DNA of 64,000 nt from the human T2T-CHM13v2.0 reference genome, Homo sapiens: the NCBI RefSeq assembly GCF_009914755.1, contig NC_060932.1. One strand, written 5' to 3'. A program made the translations under genes and the position numbers. The first letter of the stretch is position 1. Every line of letters begins with the position of its first letter. Positions 1 through 15,399 of this stretch are shown in pieces. The notes under the pieces are model-generated. The model saw nothing but the letters and a program-made list of their open reading frames with translations, was not told the DNA's origin and searched no databases.

Positions 1-187
1 AATTTCTGGCTACACCCTAAAGGTGAAATATAGGTTTACTCTATTTTCAGATACCACGAAACCCATTGAGGGTTTTTGTCTCCAACCCTCTCACCCAGAG
101 TTATCTCCTTCTGGCTGTTTTCTTTATTGTTTTTCCATGACCATCAAAAACTCTCCTCTATAACTGGAAAATTATTCAGTCGTCCTA

Positions 188-300
188 ACTCTCTCTTTCT
201 CTCTCTTTCCCTGTCTCTCTCTCTTTACATACACACACACGCGTGCACATACATATATAAACACATATATATAATATGTATGTAATATAGATATATAAAT
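188..300. repeat. Compound (CT)n/(CA)n/(TA)n microsatellite
   Basis: ctctctctttctctctct...acacacacac...atatatat runs, abutting the Alu tail. Confidence 0.85.
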
Positions 301-586
301 TTTTACAGACAAGATGTCACTCTGTTGCCCAGGCTGGAGTGCAGTAGTGCAGTCATAACTCAGTGTAATCTCGAACTTCTGGGCTCAAGCAATCCTCCCA
401 CCTCAGCTTCCCAAGTAGCTAGGACAACAGGTGCATGCCACCATGCCCAGCAAGTTTTTTAAATGTTTGTAGAGACAGGTCTTGCTATATTGCCCAGGCT
501 TGTCTCAAACTCCTGGCTTCAAGCAATCCTCCCACTGTGGCCTCCCAAAGCACAGGGATTATAGGGGAGAGACACTGCATCTGGCC
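301..586 (-). mobile_element. Alu SINE (AluJ-like)
   Basis: Antisense Alu motifs: tctgttgcccaggctggagtgcagt...ctgggctcaagcaatcctcccacctcagc...cctcccaaagcacagggatt; highly diverged. Confidence 0.93.
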
Positions 587-699
587 CTCTAACTGTATTT
601 GTGATGGTATACACTTTATTTTCTGAGGACTTTGGGCCTTTTACAAATTCCCTCCAAACATGTTTCTTTATTGGTGAGACTCTCGCAATTGATAGTTTG

Positions 700-920
700 A
701 TAGTGGAGCAGGATGGTTAAGTAGGTAAATTCTGCAATTAGACTTCCAAGGGTTGAAACTTGGCCCCATCACTTACTATAAGTATGAACTAATGCAAATT
801 GCTTTACCTTGTCATTATAAATGCAAATTATTATTACCAACATTCACTGGATTTTTCTGAAGATCAATTTGTATAAAAAAGTTTCAAACCAGTACCTGAT
901 ACATAATATGTACTCAATAA
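700..920 (+). mobile_element. MIR SINE remnant
   Basis: gggttgaaacttggccccatcacttacta...gcaaattgctttacct MIR core-like sequence. Confidence 0.6.
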
Positions 921-945
921 AATTGAAGTGCCTTGGGTTTTTTGC

Positions 946-1265
946 TTTATTATTTATTATTTTTATTTTTATTTTTGAGACAGGGTCTCACTCCTGTCAC
1001 CCAGGCTGGAGTGCACAAGCATAATCGCAGCTCACTGCAGCCTCAACTGCTTGGGTTCAAGTGATCTTCTCGTCTCAGTCTCCCAAGTAGCTGAGACTGC
1101 AGGCATGCGCCACCATGCCCAGCTAATTTTTTTTTTTTTTTGTATTTTTTGTAGAGACAAGGTTTTGCTATCTTGTCTAAGCTGGCTGCGAACTCCTGGG
1201 CTCAAGCTATTCACCTGCCTCAGCTTCCAAGTGTGCTGGGACTACAGGCATGAGCCACCAAGCCC
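946..1265 (-). mobile_element. Alu SINE (AluJ-like)
   Basis: T-rich tail then gagacagggtctcactc...ccaggctggagtgca...ctcctgggctcaagc...caggcatgagccacca. Confidence 0.93.
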
Positions 1266-1330
1266 AATTGCTATCTTGTCTTTTAAAGAGTATTATGTCA
1301 ATTGTACATTTTTTAAAAATCTCTAGTTTA

Positions 1331-1546
1331 GAGTTTCTTAACCTCAGCATAACTGTAATTTTGAGTCAGATAAGTGCTTGTTGTGGAAAGTTGCTCTGAG
1401 CATTGTAGGCTATTTAGCAGCATCCTTGGCCTCTACCCACTAGATGCCAACAGCAACCCCACCCAGGTGTGACAACCAAAAATACCTCTAGACCCTGCCA
1501 AACATGCCCTTGGTAGGGTGAAATCATCCCCATTAGAACTACTGCC
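1331..1546 (+). mobile_element. MER20 (hAT-Charlie non-autonomous DNA transposon)
   Basis: tttcttaacctcagca...cattgtaggctatttagcagcatccttggcctctacccactagatgcca...gacaaccaaaaat matches recalled MER20. Confidence 0.8.
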
Positions 1547-2473
1547 CTAGATGGAAGTCAAAAACTAGAATTTGAATCTCTTTTTTTCTTTCAGCCTTTT
1601 TTAGGTGATAAATTTCAGACTTGCAATCTAATTTCAGCAGATGGCATGAACGGTATTGCAGAATTATAGAAAGAAAATCAGTTAATTTATCAATATTATA
1701 CCACTTCATTCAGTAAATTTTTAATTATAATCCTACTGGAAAGCAGTAAATAAGATGACACCTTAAATTCTCCCAGTTTTGCTTATTTTGCTTAACTAAA
1801 CATGAAATTGTAATATTTCTGTCACAGTGGGCATTTTTAAAATGAATAAGAGTGGTGTTGTTCAAAATACAATATTATAAAGCATTAACCCACTTTTTAA
1901 ATTCAACTCATTGTAATGACCACCAAAATTAATAAAAAATGTCATCTATGTGCATATTAAACAGCCCATCTGCATTTCATGGCTGAACAAGAACCCTGCT
2001 TAATAATATAATTTGTACTGCAATAAAAGTAAAATCAGTTTCTGAATCTTACTGGTGGTTTACAATTTAATTTACTAGTAATGTTTTTCTTGATGTAATA
2101 TAAGCCTCTTCATCCACTGCTTGAAGTGTTTTGAATGCAAGTTTCATTCAGTTGTTGTTTTCATTGTATGGCTCGCTGGGGTTTGAAATCTGATCTATTT
2201 TTCAAAAGAAGAATGTCACATAATGATTTATATTAATATGACTTTTTAATCCAGCCTTTAATAATTTTCTCTTTTTTTTCCTCTGAAGGTTTTCATTCTT
2301 TTAGCTCATTGTCATCATCTAAGGCATGTGGTATCCCTCAGCTGATATAATGAAAGGTTCAAAAGTTAAAGAATGAGAAAAGGAAGGAAGAATGACTTGG
2401 TCTGTATGACCTTGGTTAAATCCTTACACTCTCTCTGTTTCAGTTTTCTCATCTATAAAGTAGAGAAAATATA

Positions 2474-2749
<276 letters not shown>

Positions 2750-2964
2750 GAGAAATTAGCAATACCTACCACAGTATTGTTATGAGAATTGAATAGAGTT
2801 AGTATATACTTACTCTGATTAGAGAAATACCTAGCTCATATCATAATGAGCGTGATATATGTCAGTTATTTAAAGTAAAGAGAATAACACAATTGAATTC
2901 AGACAACCAAAAACATTAAGGTATGAAGCCTTTGTAGCGAAATTAAGACTAATCCAGAAGAGTG

Positions 2965-3135
2965 ATACTCATCTCTAGCTACCCATTAGAATCAACTAGG
3001 AAAGTTTAAAATATACCGGTACATGAGCACTTATCCTGGTTAATTAAATTAGAATCTTTCAAGGTGGACCCCAGCACTGGTGTTCTCGAAAACCCTCCAG
3101 AGGATTCTAATGTGAAACCATTGGTTGAAAATCAG
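2965..3135. mobile_element. MER5-family hAT-Charlie remnant
   Basis: cattagaatcaactagg...ttaattaaattagaatct...ccagaggattctaatgtg...ttgaaaatca. Confidence 0.6.
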
Positions 3136-4319
3136 GATGAGGGCAATAATTTCCAAATTCCTCTCTTATGCGCTCATTCTACACATTCGCAAAGGATGAC
3201 TCCTATTTGAAAGAAGGTCTAAGTGATACAAACATCAGTATTCCTTCAAGATGGAATAAGATCTCTTACTTGACTTCAATGATGCGGTTTCTGAAGGACA
3301 ACTTTTTCCTGCACTTTTAGAAGTAATGGGAAAAAAAAGACATTTCTGCCAGTGGTATATGCTATTATCAAAGCCAGAGGCTAGAAATCCAAAAACAATT
3401 TCTGTAAGACTTTCATCCCATTTATGACCCCAAATAATATCACTTATGTTGTATATTTTATGATGTATATTTACATAAAAATCATTTATTCAGTCTTTTA
3501 AAAACAACCTGTGAGGTAGGAAAATTTTTTATTGTTCACTCTATCTTATACAGGAGGCTCAAAAAACGTTAAAGAAAAAAAAACTTTTAATTGTATGTTT
3601 GTCATTGAAGAACTAGAAGCTAAATCTATATCTTATGACACCTACTTCCATGGGCTTCCCAACCCACACACAGGCCCTTGTGCCCTTATAGTGATGCTAT
3701 CTCTAAGAAAAGTCAAAGTCATCTCATAGGTGTTGAGTATAACAAATGTCTACACAATTAAAGTGCAAAAATATCAATCCCACTATTTTTAATGCAATAA
3801 ACATGAATTTTTTGGCTTAATGGGATTAATATTATTTAAAATATTCCATCAAACCAATTTTTATGTTTTGTCAGGGTCAAGATTTTTGATATAACATATG
3901 ACCCTCCACTGGAGCTGTTCTGAGCTTTCCCTAAAATGTAGATGTGATCCAACTCATTGCATTGTTTTCTCATTTCCACGTCTCACTTTAGCATCTACAA
4001 AAAAAATTAACAAAGAGTACACCCAGAAGAGCAATTGTCAGATTGAAGATAGAACTAGGCTGAGATTCCATACATATTTCTGTGTTAATAAAAATAATAA
4101 AACTCAATTTTATCCTATAATAAATTAGAATTGAACTTTTTAAAATTCAACACAATAAGTGAGATATTTATTGATATTTATTTATTTAACAACAGGCCTT
4201 GTGAGACAACCCTCAGAAGACACAAATACAAGATATAATCTTAACTTTTAATAGACTTAAAATCCAGCAAGGCAAGATAAGGTAGCACACAGCGATTAGT
4301 ATGCTACAAGATGGCATGT

Positions 4320-4410
4320 TGCACGTTGTGCACATGTACACTAGAACTTAAAGTATAATCAAATAAAATAAAATAAAAAACCAAAACCAAAACAAACAAA
4401 CAAAAAAACA
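4320..4410 (+). mobile_element. Extremely 5'-truncated L1PA 3' tail with A-rich tail
   Basis: tgcacgttgtgcacatgtacactagaacttaaagtataa followed by an A-rich tail. Confidence 0.85.
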
Positions 4411-6254
4411 ATTTCTTAGGAGTTTGTTGGTAGAAGAAATGTTTCAACTGCATAAGGGTCAGAAAAGGCTTTATGAAGGAGTTAGCATTTGTTTTGTGCA
4501 TACATGGAAAGGTAGGATTTGGGAGACAGAAGTAGAAGAAGGTTGTGCCATGTGGAAGGAGCTTCCTAGATGGTTCAACCACAAAAGAAAAAAGAATTGA
4601 GCAGAGGATTGGCTCAGGATGAGAGATTTCCTAAATGGGGCTTAGACGTAGGTTTTTGAGGTAGCTGGTGTTGAAACTACAGAATAAGATTTCGTGAGAC
4701 ACAGAAGAGTAAAAGCAGGGACTTATGACCAGGGGTGATAATAGAAAATGTACTATACTATTATTCAAGTGAGGGAGAGAAAGACATGGTTAAGAAGATT
4801 TGTTAAAAAATGATGTTGTTTAGTAGTGTGACTTGGGCTTATCCTTGGTAGTTGACCTTTGGGTAGTCTAACCTGGTCTTAATAATGTGGGATATTCTAC
4901 TTTCTCTGGGGTTGCTGTTTGGCCTCCTTGGTCCAGATTTCTCTCAAATCTCTGAGAATACAGAATTACTTTCAAATGGTTAATAAACTTTTGACAGGAT
5001 AAAGTAAAAGCAAAAATCTACTGACATGCTAGGTACAATCTCTCCCATGAAGTCCCAGTTGAGGTTCCTATACAGGGTGTGTATCCAGGGCCATCAATAA
5101 AAACAACCTGAGCAAAAGGCAGAAGGAAAACTTCCAACAAGCTCAGGAAACAGCATGTGGTTCTGTGTGTCTGAAGATAGAGAAATGCAGGTTGAAGTCT
5201 AACTAGAGGAGAATTTTAATATAAGACAAAATTTTCAAATTTGATTTGGTGGGTTTTGGTGGTAGCCATTAGAGTTTGCTTTTTTTAAGTTTGTTTTGCT
5301 TTGGTAAATGAGTGGCATTATCAGCACCATTCATTTTCAAGAAGTGATGTATTCACCCAAGAAACTATAAAGAATCTTAAAAAGGTAATATTATTAAGTG
5401 AAGAAACATTTATAGAGGAATCCATAATAATCATAATAATTAACATTTTGAAGATAGTCACAATAATAATAAACACTTTTAAGTGCTTACTATAAGCCAA
5501 GGGCTTTATTATGTCCTTCTTATTTATTATCTCCATCAATATTCACAAGGAGTATGTGAGTAGGTGTTGTTAACCCCATTTTCTTTGTTGGAAAAATGAA
5601 ACTCACAGGTCAAATAGTTTATTCCAAATCAGACAGACAAAAGGAAGTTGAACTCGATGAGCTGACAATAGCCTTCAATCTATTAAAATCTGTGAATTAT
5701 AACCAAGGAATAGACACTTTGCCCTTAGGAAGTTTTCAATTTCTGCATGACCAGGCCTCAGAAATACTGTCTAATTCCCCAATCTTAAAGGTTTCTTTTA
5801 AAGTTGATAAATTATTTCTTTGTTAAGTTTGGTATAGTTTGTAAGTTATTTATTGTCTAAGGATCATAGAATAAATGAATGATCTCATGAGTTTAAAGTT
5901 CCCAAGGATGGTACTCAAAGTCAATGATTAAACAATAGCATATATAAGATTCAAAGGATTGGTTTTCTCATAAAAATAGAGATCAAGATCAAGTAAACAT
6001 ATATATTCTACATCGTGTATATGTATATGTACACAAGTCATAAGTTATTTCAGGTTAATCTAAAATTGTCAAAGAAGTACCTCCTTGGTCACCTTTGTTT
6101 TAAGAAAGTGACTAGTTAAAAAGAGAAGAGCCTCAGGTAGGGGCTTTAGATCAGTATTGAGAACGAATTTCCCTTACTTACTATCTGTGTAACATTGAAC
6201 AATTCATTTAACCTCTCTGAGTCTTCAACTTCTTCACCTTAAAATGGTATTAGT

Positions 6255-6556
6255 AGCCAGGCACAGTAGCTCATGCCTGTAATCCCAGCACTTTGGAGGC
6301 CAAGGCAGGCAGATCACCTGAAGTTGGGAGTTTGAGACCAGCCTGACCAACATGGAGAAACCCCATCTCTACTAAAAATACAAAATTAGCTGGGCGTGGT
6401 GGCGCATGCCTGTAACCCCAGCTACTGGGGAGGCTGACAGAGGAGAATTGCTTGAACCCAGGAGGTGGAGATTGCGGTGAGCCAAGATTGCACCACTGGA
6501 CTCCAGCCTGGGCGACAAGAACGAAACTCTGTCTCAAAAAAAAAAAAAAAAAGAAT
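6255..6556 (+). mobile_element. AluSp inserted in a MIR (~6140-6660)
   Basis: gttgggagtttgagaccagcctgaccaacatggagaaacc (AluSp diagnostics); TSD aaaatggtattagt 6241-6254 / aaaatgatattagt 6557-6570. Confidence 0.92.
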
Positions 6557-8289
6557 AAAATGATATTAGTGATACCTAAAGTATAGGAATATTGTTAGGA
6601 TTAAAAGAAATAATGTTTGAAAAGTGGCTGTCATACAATAAATGATCCCTATTTATATGTATGTTAAACACACTCTGAGACTGAACATTCCAGTTCCATT
6701 GACTGAGAAGTATACCCAAAGTGTTGGAGACAGAATAATTCAAAAACAAGTTGTGAACAGTGCAAAGAAGAGACACCCAGTTGCAAATAGCCAAATATAA
6801 ACTAGTTGTAACTAACAATCTTCACACTACCATTTCTATTCTAAATAATTTTTCTACCTTAAAAAATTAAAAGTAACCAAAACCAGAAAAGGTAGCAAAA
6901 AAAAGAAAAAAGAAAACTATAGACCAATATTCCTCAGGAACATACATGCAAAAATCCTCAAGAAAATACTAGCAAACCAAATCCAACAGCATATCAAAAA
7001 AAAAAAGTTCCCAGGATGACCTAGTGGGTTTTATGTCGGGGATTCAAGGATGGTTCTGCATATACAAATCAATAAATCTAATATATCATATAAACAGAAT
7101 TAAGGACAAAACCCATATGATAATCTCAAAAGATGCCAGAAAAGCATTTGATAAAATTTAGCATCTCTCCATGATAAAAATCCTCAACAAACTAAGCATA
7201 GAAGGAACATACCTCAAAATAAAAGCCATATATGACAAACACACAGCCAACATCATACAAAATGGGGAGAAGTTGAAAGCATTCCCTCTAACAACTAGAA
7301 CAAGACGAGGATATCCATTTTAATCACTCCTATGCAATACAGTACTATTGAATAGGAGTATATAGGACTATTGTATAGTCCTATACAGCCAATCAGGCAA
7401 AAGAAAGAAATAAAATGCATCCAAACTGGAAAAGAGGAAGTCAAAATATCCCTTTTCACTGGTTATATGCTCCTATCTCTTGAGAAATCTAAGGACTCCC
7501 AACAAAAACTCTTAGATTTGATAAATAAATTCAGTAAAGTTTCAGGTTAAAAATTACCACTCAAACATTTCTATACATCAATAATGTATCTCAGCAAATG
7601 AAGCTGAGAAACAAATCAAGATTATAATCCCGTTTACAATAGCTACAAAATAAAGAATAAAAACCTAGGAATCTATTTAAACAAAGAGGTAAAAGATCTC
7701 TACAAGGAAAACTATAAAACACTCATGAAAGATATTGCAGATAATAAAAACAAATGGAAAAATATCCATGCTCATGGACTGAAATAATTCATATCTTGAA
7801 AATGACCATAATACCCCAAGCAATCTACAGATTCAATGCAATCCCTATCAAAACACCAATATCATTCTTCACAGAATTAGAAAAACAATCTTAAAATCTG
7901 TATGGAACCTAAAAAGAGCCTGAATAGCAAAAGCAAAGCAGAGCAAACAGAACAAAGCAACGGGCATCATATAACCTGATTTCAAATTACACAGCAAGGC
8001 TACAGTAATCAAAACACCATGGAACTAGTATAAAAATAAGAACATAGATCAATGGAGCAGAATAGAGACGCAAAAATAAAGCCACATATTTACAGCCAAC
8101 TGATCCTTGACAAAACTCACAAGAACATATACTGGAGAAAGAATACCCTTTTCAATAAATAGTGCTTGGAAAACTGGATTGCCATATGCAGAGTAATGAA
8201 ACTAGACCCCTATCTCTTATCATATACAAAAATCAACTCAAGATGGATCAAAGACTTAAATGTAAGAGGTGAAACTATAAAAACACTAG

Positions 8290-10496
8290 GAAAAGGCCTC
8301 TGACAAAATTCAACAGCTCTTCATGCTAAAATCTCTCAATAAACTAGGTATTGATGGAACGCATCTCAAAATAATAAGAACTATTTATGACAAACCCACA
8401 GCAAATATCATACTGAATGGGCAAAAACTGGAAGCATTCCCTTTGAAAACTGGCACAAGACAGGGATGCCCTCACTCACCACTCCTATTCAGCATAGTGT
8501 TGGAAGTTCTGGCCAGGGCAATCAGGCAAGAGAAAGAAATAAAGTGTATTCAGTTAGGAAAAGAGCAAGTCAAATTGTCCATGTTTACAGATGACATGAT
8601 TGTATATTTAGAAAACCCCATCATCTCAGCCCAAAATCTCCTTAAGCTGATAAGCAACTTCAGCAAAGTCTCAGGATACAAAATCAATGTGCAAAAATCA
8701 CAAGCATTCCTATATGCCAGTAACAGACAAACAGAGAGACAAATCATGAGTGAATTCCCATTCACAATTGCTGCAAAGAGAATAAAATACCTAGGAATAC
8801 AATTTACAAGGGATGTGAAGACCTCTTCAAGGAGAACTACAAACCACTGCTCAACGAAATAAAAGAGGACACAAACAAATGAAAGAACTTTCCCTGCTCA
8901 TGGATAGGAAGAATCAATATCACAAAAATGGCCATACTGTCCAAGGTAATTAATAGATTCCCCATCAAGCTACCAATGATTTTCTTCACAGAATTGTAAA
9001 AAACTACTTTAAAGTTCGTATGGAACCAAAAAAAAGCCTGCATTGCCAAGACAATCCTAAGCAAAAAGAACAAAGTTGGAGGCATCACACTACATGACTT
9101 CAAACTATACTACAAGGCTACAATAACCAACACAGCATGGTATTGCTACCAAAACAGAGATATAGACCAACAAAACAGAACAGAGGCCTCAGAAATAACA
9201 CCACACATCTACAACCATCAGATCTTTGACAACTCTGGCAAAAACAAGCAATGGGGAAAGGATCCCCTATTTAATAAATGGTGCTGGGAAAACTAGCTAG
9301 CCATATGTAGAAAGCTGAAACTGGATCCCTTCCTTACACCTTATACAAAAATTAATTCAAGATGGATTAAAGACTTAAATGTTACACCTAAAACTGTAAA
9401 AATCCTAGAAGAAAACCTAGGCAATACCATTCAGGACATAGGCATGGGCAAGGACTTCATGACTAAAACACCAAAAACAATGGCAACAAAAGCCAAAATA
9501 GACAAATGGAATCTAATTAAACTAAAGAGCTTCTGCACAGCAAAAGAAACTACCATCAGAGTGAACAGGCAACCCACAGAATGGGAGAAAATTTTTGCAA
9601 TCTACCCTTCTGACAAAGCGCTAATTGTCCAGAAGCTACAAACAACTTAAACAAATTTACAAGAAAAAAACAAACAACCCCATCAAAAAGTGGGCAAAGG
9701 ATATGAACAGACACTTCTCAAAAGGAGACTCTTACGCAACCAACAGACACATGAAAAAATCCTCATCATCACCGGTCATGAGAGAAATGCAAATCAAAAC
9801 CACAATGAGATACCATCTCACACCAGTTAGAATGGCAATCATTAAAAAGTCAGGAAACAACAGATGCTGGAGAGGATGTGGAGAAATAGGAATGCTTTTA
9901 CACTGTTGGTGGGAGTGTAAACTAGTTCAATCATTGTGGAAGACAGTGTGGCGAATCCTCAAGGATCTAAAACTAGAAATACTATTTGACCCAGTGATCC
10001 CATTACCCAAAAGATTATAAATCATGCCACTATAAAGACACATGCACACGTATGTTTATTGAAGCACTATTCACAATAGCAAAGACTTGGAACCAACCCA
10101 AATGCCCATCACTGATAAGAAAACGTGGCACATATACACCATGGAGTACTAGGCAGCCATAAAAAAGGATGAGTTCATGTCCTTTGCAGGGTCATGGATG
10201 CAGCTGGAAATCATCATTCTGAGCAAACTATCACAAGGACAGAAAACCAAACACCAGATGTTCTCACTCATAGGTGGGAATTGAACAATGAGAACACTTG
10301 GACACAGGGCGGGGAACATCACACCCCAGGGCCTGTCATGGGGTGGGGGGCAGGGGGAGGGATAGCATTAGGAGAAATACCTAATGTAAATGACGAGTTA
10401 ATGGGTGCAGCAAACCAACAAGGCACATGTGTATCTATGTAACAAACCTGCACGTTGTGCACATGTACCCTAGAACTTAAAGTATAAAAAAAAAAA
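8290..10496 (+). mobile_element. 5'-truncated L1PA (~L1PA5-7), ~2.2 kb, nested in the older L1
   Basis: Near-canonical L1 ORF2 3' part plus 3'UTR G-tract (ggggtggggggcagggggaggg) and poly-A; probable short TSD aggaaaa 8288-8294 / 10496-10502. Confidence 0.95.
8323..10020 (+). pseudogene. Disrupted L1 ORF2p (RT and C-terminal Cys-rich domain) fragments
   Basis: ORFs 8323-8862 (GTRQGCP..SP, FTDD in place of the FADD RT motif), 9444-9650 and 9625-10020 ([14 protein letters not shown]), broken by frameshifts and stops. Confidence 0.93.
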
Positions 10497-10768
10497 GGAA
10501 AAACCTAGGGAAACTCTCTGGTTATTTGTCTAGGCAAATAATTTATGACTAAGACCTCAAAAGCACAGGCAACAGAAACAAAAATAAACAAATGGGACTT
10601 AATTAAACAAAAAGCTTCTGCACAGCAAAAGAAGTGATCAACAGAGTGAACAAAAAGCAGCAGAATGGTGGAAAATATTTGCAAATTATTCATTTGACAG
10701 GGAACTAATATCTAAATTAAACAAGAAACTCATACAATGCAACCACAAAAACAACAATTAATCCCACT

Positions 10769-10833
10769 TATGTAACTAACCTGCACATTGTGCATATGTA
10801 CCCTAAAACTTAAAGTATAATAATAAAAAAAAA
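10769..10833 (+). mobile_element. Short young L1PA 3' tail (~65 bp) inside the old L1
   Basis: tatgtaactaacctgcacattgtgcatatgtaccctaaaacttaaagtataataataaaaaaaaa. Confidence 0.88.
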
Positions 10834-10974
10834 GTATGCAAAAGACGGGAATAGACATTTTTCCAAAGAACACATACAAATGGCCAAGAAGTATACGAAA
10901 AGATGCTCAACATTACTAATCACCAGGAAAATGCAAGTCAAAACCACAATGAGGTATCATTTTACACCAGTTAG

Positions 10975-11331
<357 letters not shown>

Positions 11332-11510
11332 TAAAAAACAACAGTTGTTGGTAAGGATACGGAAAAACTTATACACTGTTGGTGGAAATGTAAATTAGTA
11401 CAACCTCTATGGAAAACAATATGGAGATTTCTCAAAGAGCTAAAAGTAGAACTATCATTTGACTCAGCAATTTTAATACTAGGAATCTACCCAAAGGAAA
11501 TGAAATCATT

Positions 11511-11541
11511 ACACACATACACACACACACACACACACACA
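11511..11541. repeat. (CA)n microsatellite
   Basis: acacacatacacacacacacacacacacaca. Confidence 0.9.
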
Positions 11542-11590
11542 AACTGCACTAGTGTATTTATCACAGCACTGTTCATAATAGCACAGATAT

Positions 11591-11950
11591 TGATACGGGA
11601 GCTAAAAAGAAATTATTTAGACAATTAGTGTGGGTAATATAGTCCTCAGTAAGGCTTCCCTTTTAACATGAAGCAGCCCCCAAAATCATTTCTTTCCTAA
11701 CAAAGAGCAGCCTGGAAAATTCAGCTGCAGATATAGATGAGCAAGCTGGAAGCTTCCATAGGTAAATGCTGGCAGCTGTGCCAATAGGAAAAGGCTACCT
11801 GGGGGCCAGACATGTTCAACCTGGCGGCTCCATCTTCCCTGTACTGTACAAGTGTCAACCATATGTACAGTAAGGAACAGACAACAGGGTGCTGGCCAGG
11901 TAGAGAACCCATCTGGATAATAAAAGATTAGGGTTGAATGGCCAGCTTCT
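11591..11950 (+). mobile_element. ERV1 LTR 5' half (MER50-like), 3'-truncated
   Basis: TG start; aagaaattatttag...aaggcttcccttttaac...gcagcccccaaaatcatttc...gagcaagctggaagctt...ataataaaagattaggg. Confidence 0.75.
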
Positions 11951-11954
11951 ACTG

Positions 11955-12345
11955 GTTTCCTACTGGTACTGGTGAAAAATTATCACAAAGTTTTCAGTGG
12001 CTTAAAACGTCAAATTTATGATCTTACCGTTCGGAAGGTCAGAAGTCCTAAATGGGTTTCATCAAGCCAAAATCAAGGTGTCAGCAGGGCTGCATTAATT
12101 CTGCAGGCTCTAGGGTAAGGCCTGTTCTCTCGTCTTAGCTTCTAGAGGCCATCTGTGTTCTTTGGCTCATGGCTCTTTCCTCCGTCTTCAAAACCAGTAT
12201 CCTCAAAGAAGCAAGCACCTTCAAATCTCCTTCTGATTCTGCTTCCATGATTACCTTTCCTTCTTTGACTTTTTTAAAGAACCCTGATATTACATTGGGT
12301 CTACTCAGATAATCCAGGACAATTTCCCCATGTCAAGAACCTTTG
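11955..12345 (-). mobile_element. MLT1 (ERVL-MaLR) LTR remnant
   Basis: ggtcagaagtcc...aaatcaaggtgtcagcagggctgcatt...ttacattgggtctactcagataatccaggacaat. Confidence 0.75.
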
Positions 12346-12814
12346 TTATTATTTGTTTCATTTTTATATCATGATGTTACAATGTCAACCAAAAAAGTGA
12401 TTCAACACCTAACAGAATAAACTGTATACATTTTACTGAACATGTACATTTAAAAAGTTCTATGAGTGTGGGTGTGTGTGTGTTTATGTGTGTACTCAGT
12501 CTATGCACCCACCAGCAATCTGCAATTGATATATAAATATAACTAAAGTGTAGTTCTGTGAAACATAAAAGGAAATGACAAAGATGTGTTTCTGTGTTGT
12601 TTCTGGTCTGAGTCTTCATTTCTTTTTATCACCTCAGTTCTCTATCTCTGACTTCTTCAGGTACCTCTGATCAATGTCATTTCTGAACTAACAACTTCTT
12701 TGTATCAGAGCTGAAACACCAATTGCAAGATCTCCCCATATGCTTATAATAGCTCAAATTTAAATTCCTAGGTGTTATCAATTGTATTTCACCACCTACA
12801 CTCATTTCTTAAAG

Positions 12815-13040
12815 AGGCAATATAGATTGAAAATTAAGAACACGGGCTTTGGAGCCATGGTCCCTGGGCTTGAATCCAGGCACTGGATACTGACTATTTG
12901 TCTTTGGGCAAATTAATCTAGCCCTGCCATAGTTTCATAATCTGTAAAATAAAATAGAGTAGTAACCTTAGAGGTTGTTGTGAAGATTAAATAAAATAAC
13001 TAGTCTTTAGCTAATAGCACTCATTATTTGTTAGCTAATA
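12815..13040 (+). mobile_element. MIR SINE
   Basis: gggctttggagcca...ctgggcttgaatccagg...ttgggcaaatt...agtttcataatctgtaaaat...ggttgttgtgaagattaaat. Confidence 0.75.
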
Positions 13041-13663
13041 CTTATTTTCCTATATGCTACCACCCAAATTTAGAGAAGTGTGAATACTTGGTTAAGTGTC
13101 ACAAATATACATGTTTATACATATACATTTTAAAGTTCAGGAAAAAGGTCAGAGACTTTAAAGACTAAAATATGAAAGTCATATATTTCTTATGAAGCGT
13201 GATTTTCAGATTATAGTTTATATCTGAAAATAGGAATTTGGAATTTTCAGCTTTGACATTCCCTTGTTACAATTTAATAAGACTCATGTAAGCCAAGAAT
13301 ATTGTAATCAGACAGGCAAACATACTAACTTGAACTACTCCACCTCCTAATCCCAAAATAGAGTTAAAAAGATGGTCCTACCAGAGTTGGAGGTGTAGAA
13401 TAGCCACAGTAAAGTATCTCCCAATAAAAACAAATCCGTAACATTAGCAAGTAATCAAAATCTGGCCCTCAAGTATCACTGCACAATGTAGTTTCCTTCC
13501 TACATAAGGAAAATTAAGCCTTCCTTAGTCCTAATCATCATTAAACCATGTTGTATGTGTAGGTTTTTAGTGCAGATTCTATGAAGAGGCCAGTTCCAGG
13601 AGGCAAAACCAAAAAAAAACAAAAAAAAAACTGTCAGCTTATTTTTAAAAATAGGTATGCTGT

Positions 13664-15399
<1,736 letters not shown>

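Noticed and set aside
8323-10020. Reverse-transcriptase ORF as a possible functional gene or novel RT system
   Set aside because: Ordinary 5'-truncated L1 ORF2 with frameshifts, stops and an altered catalytic motif
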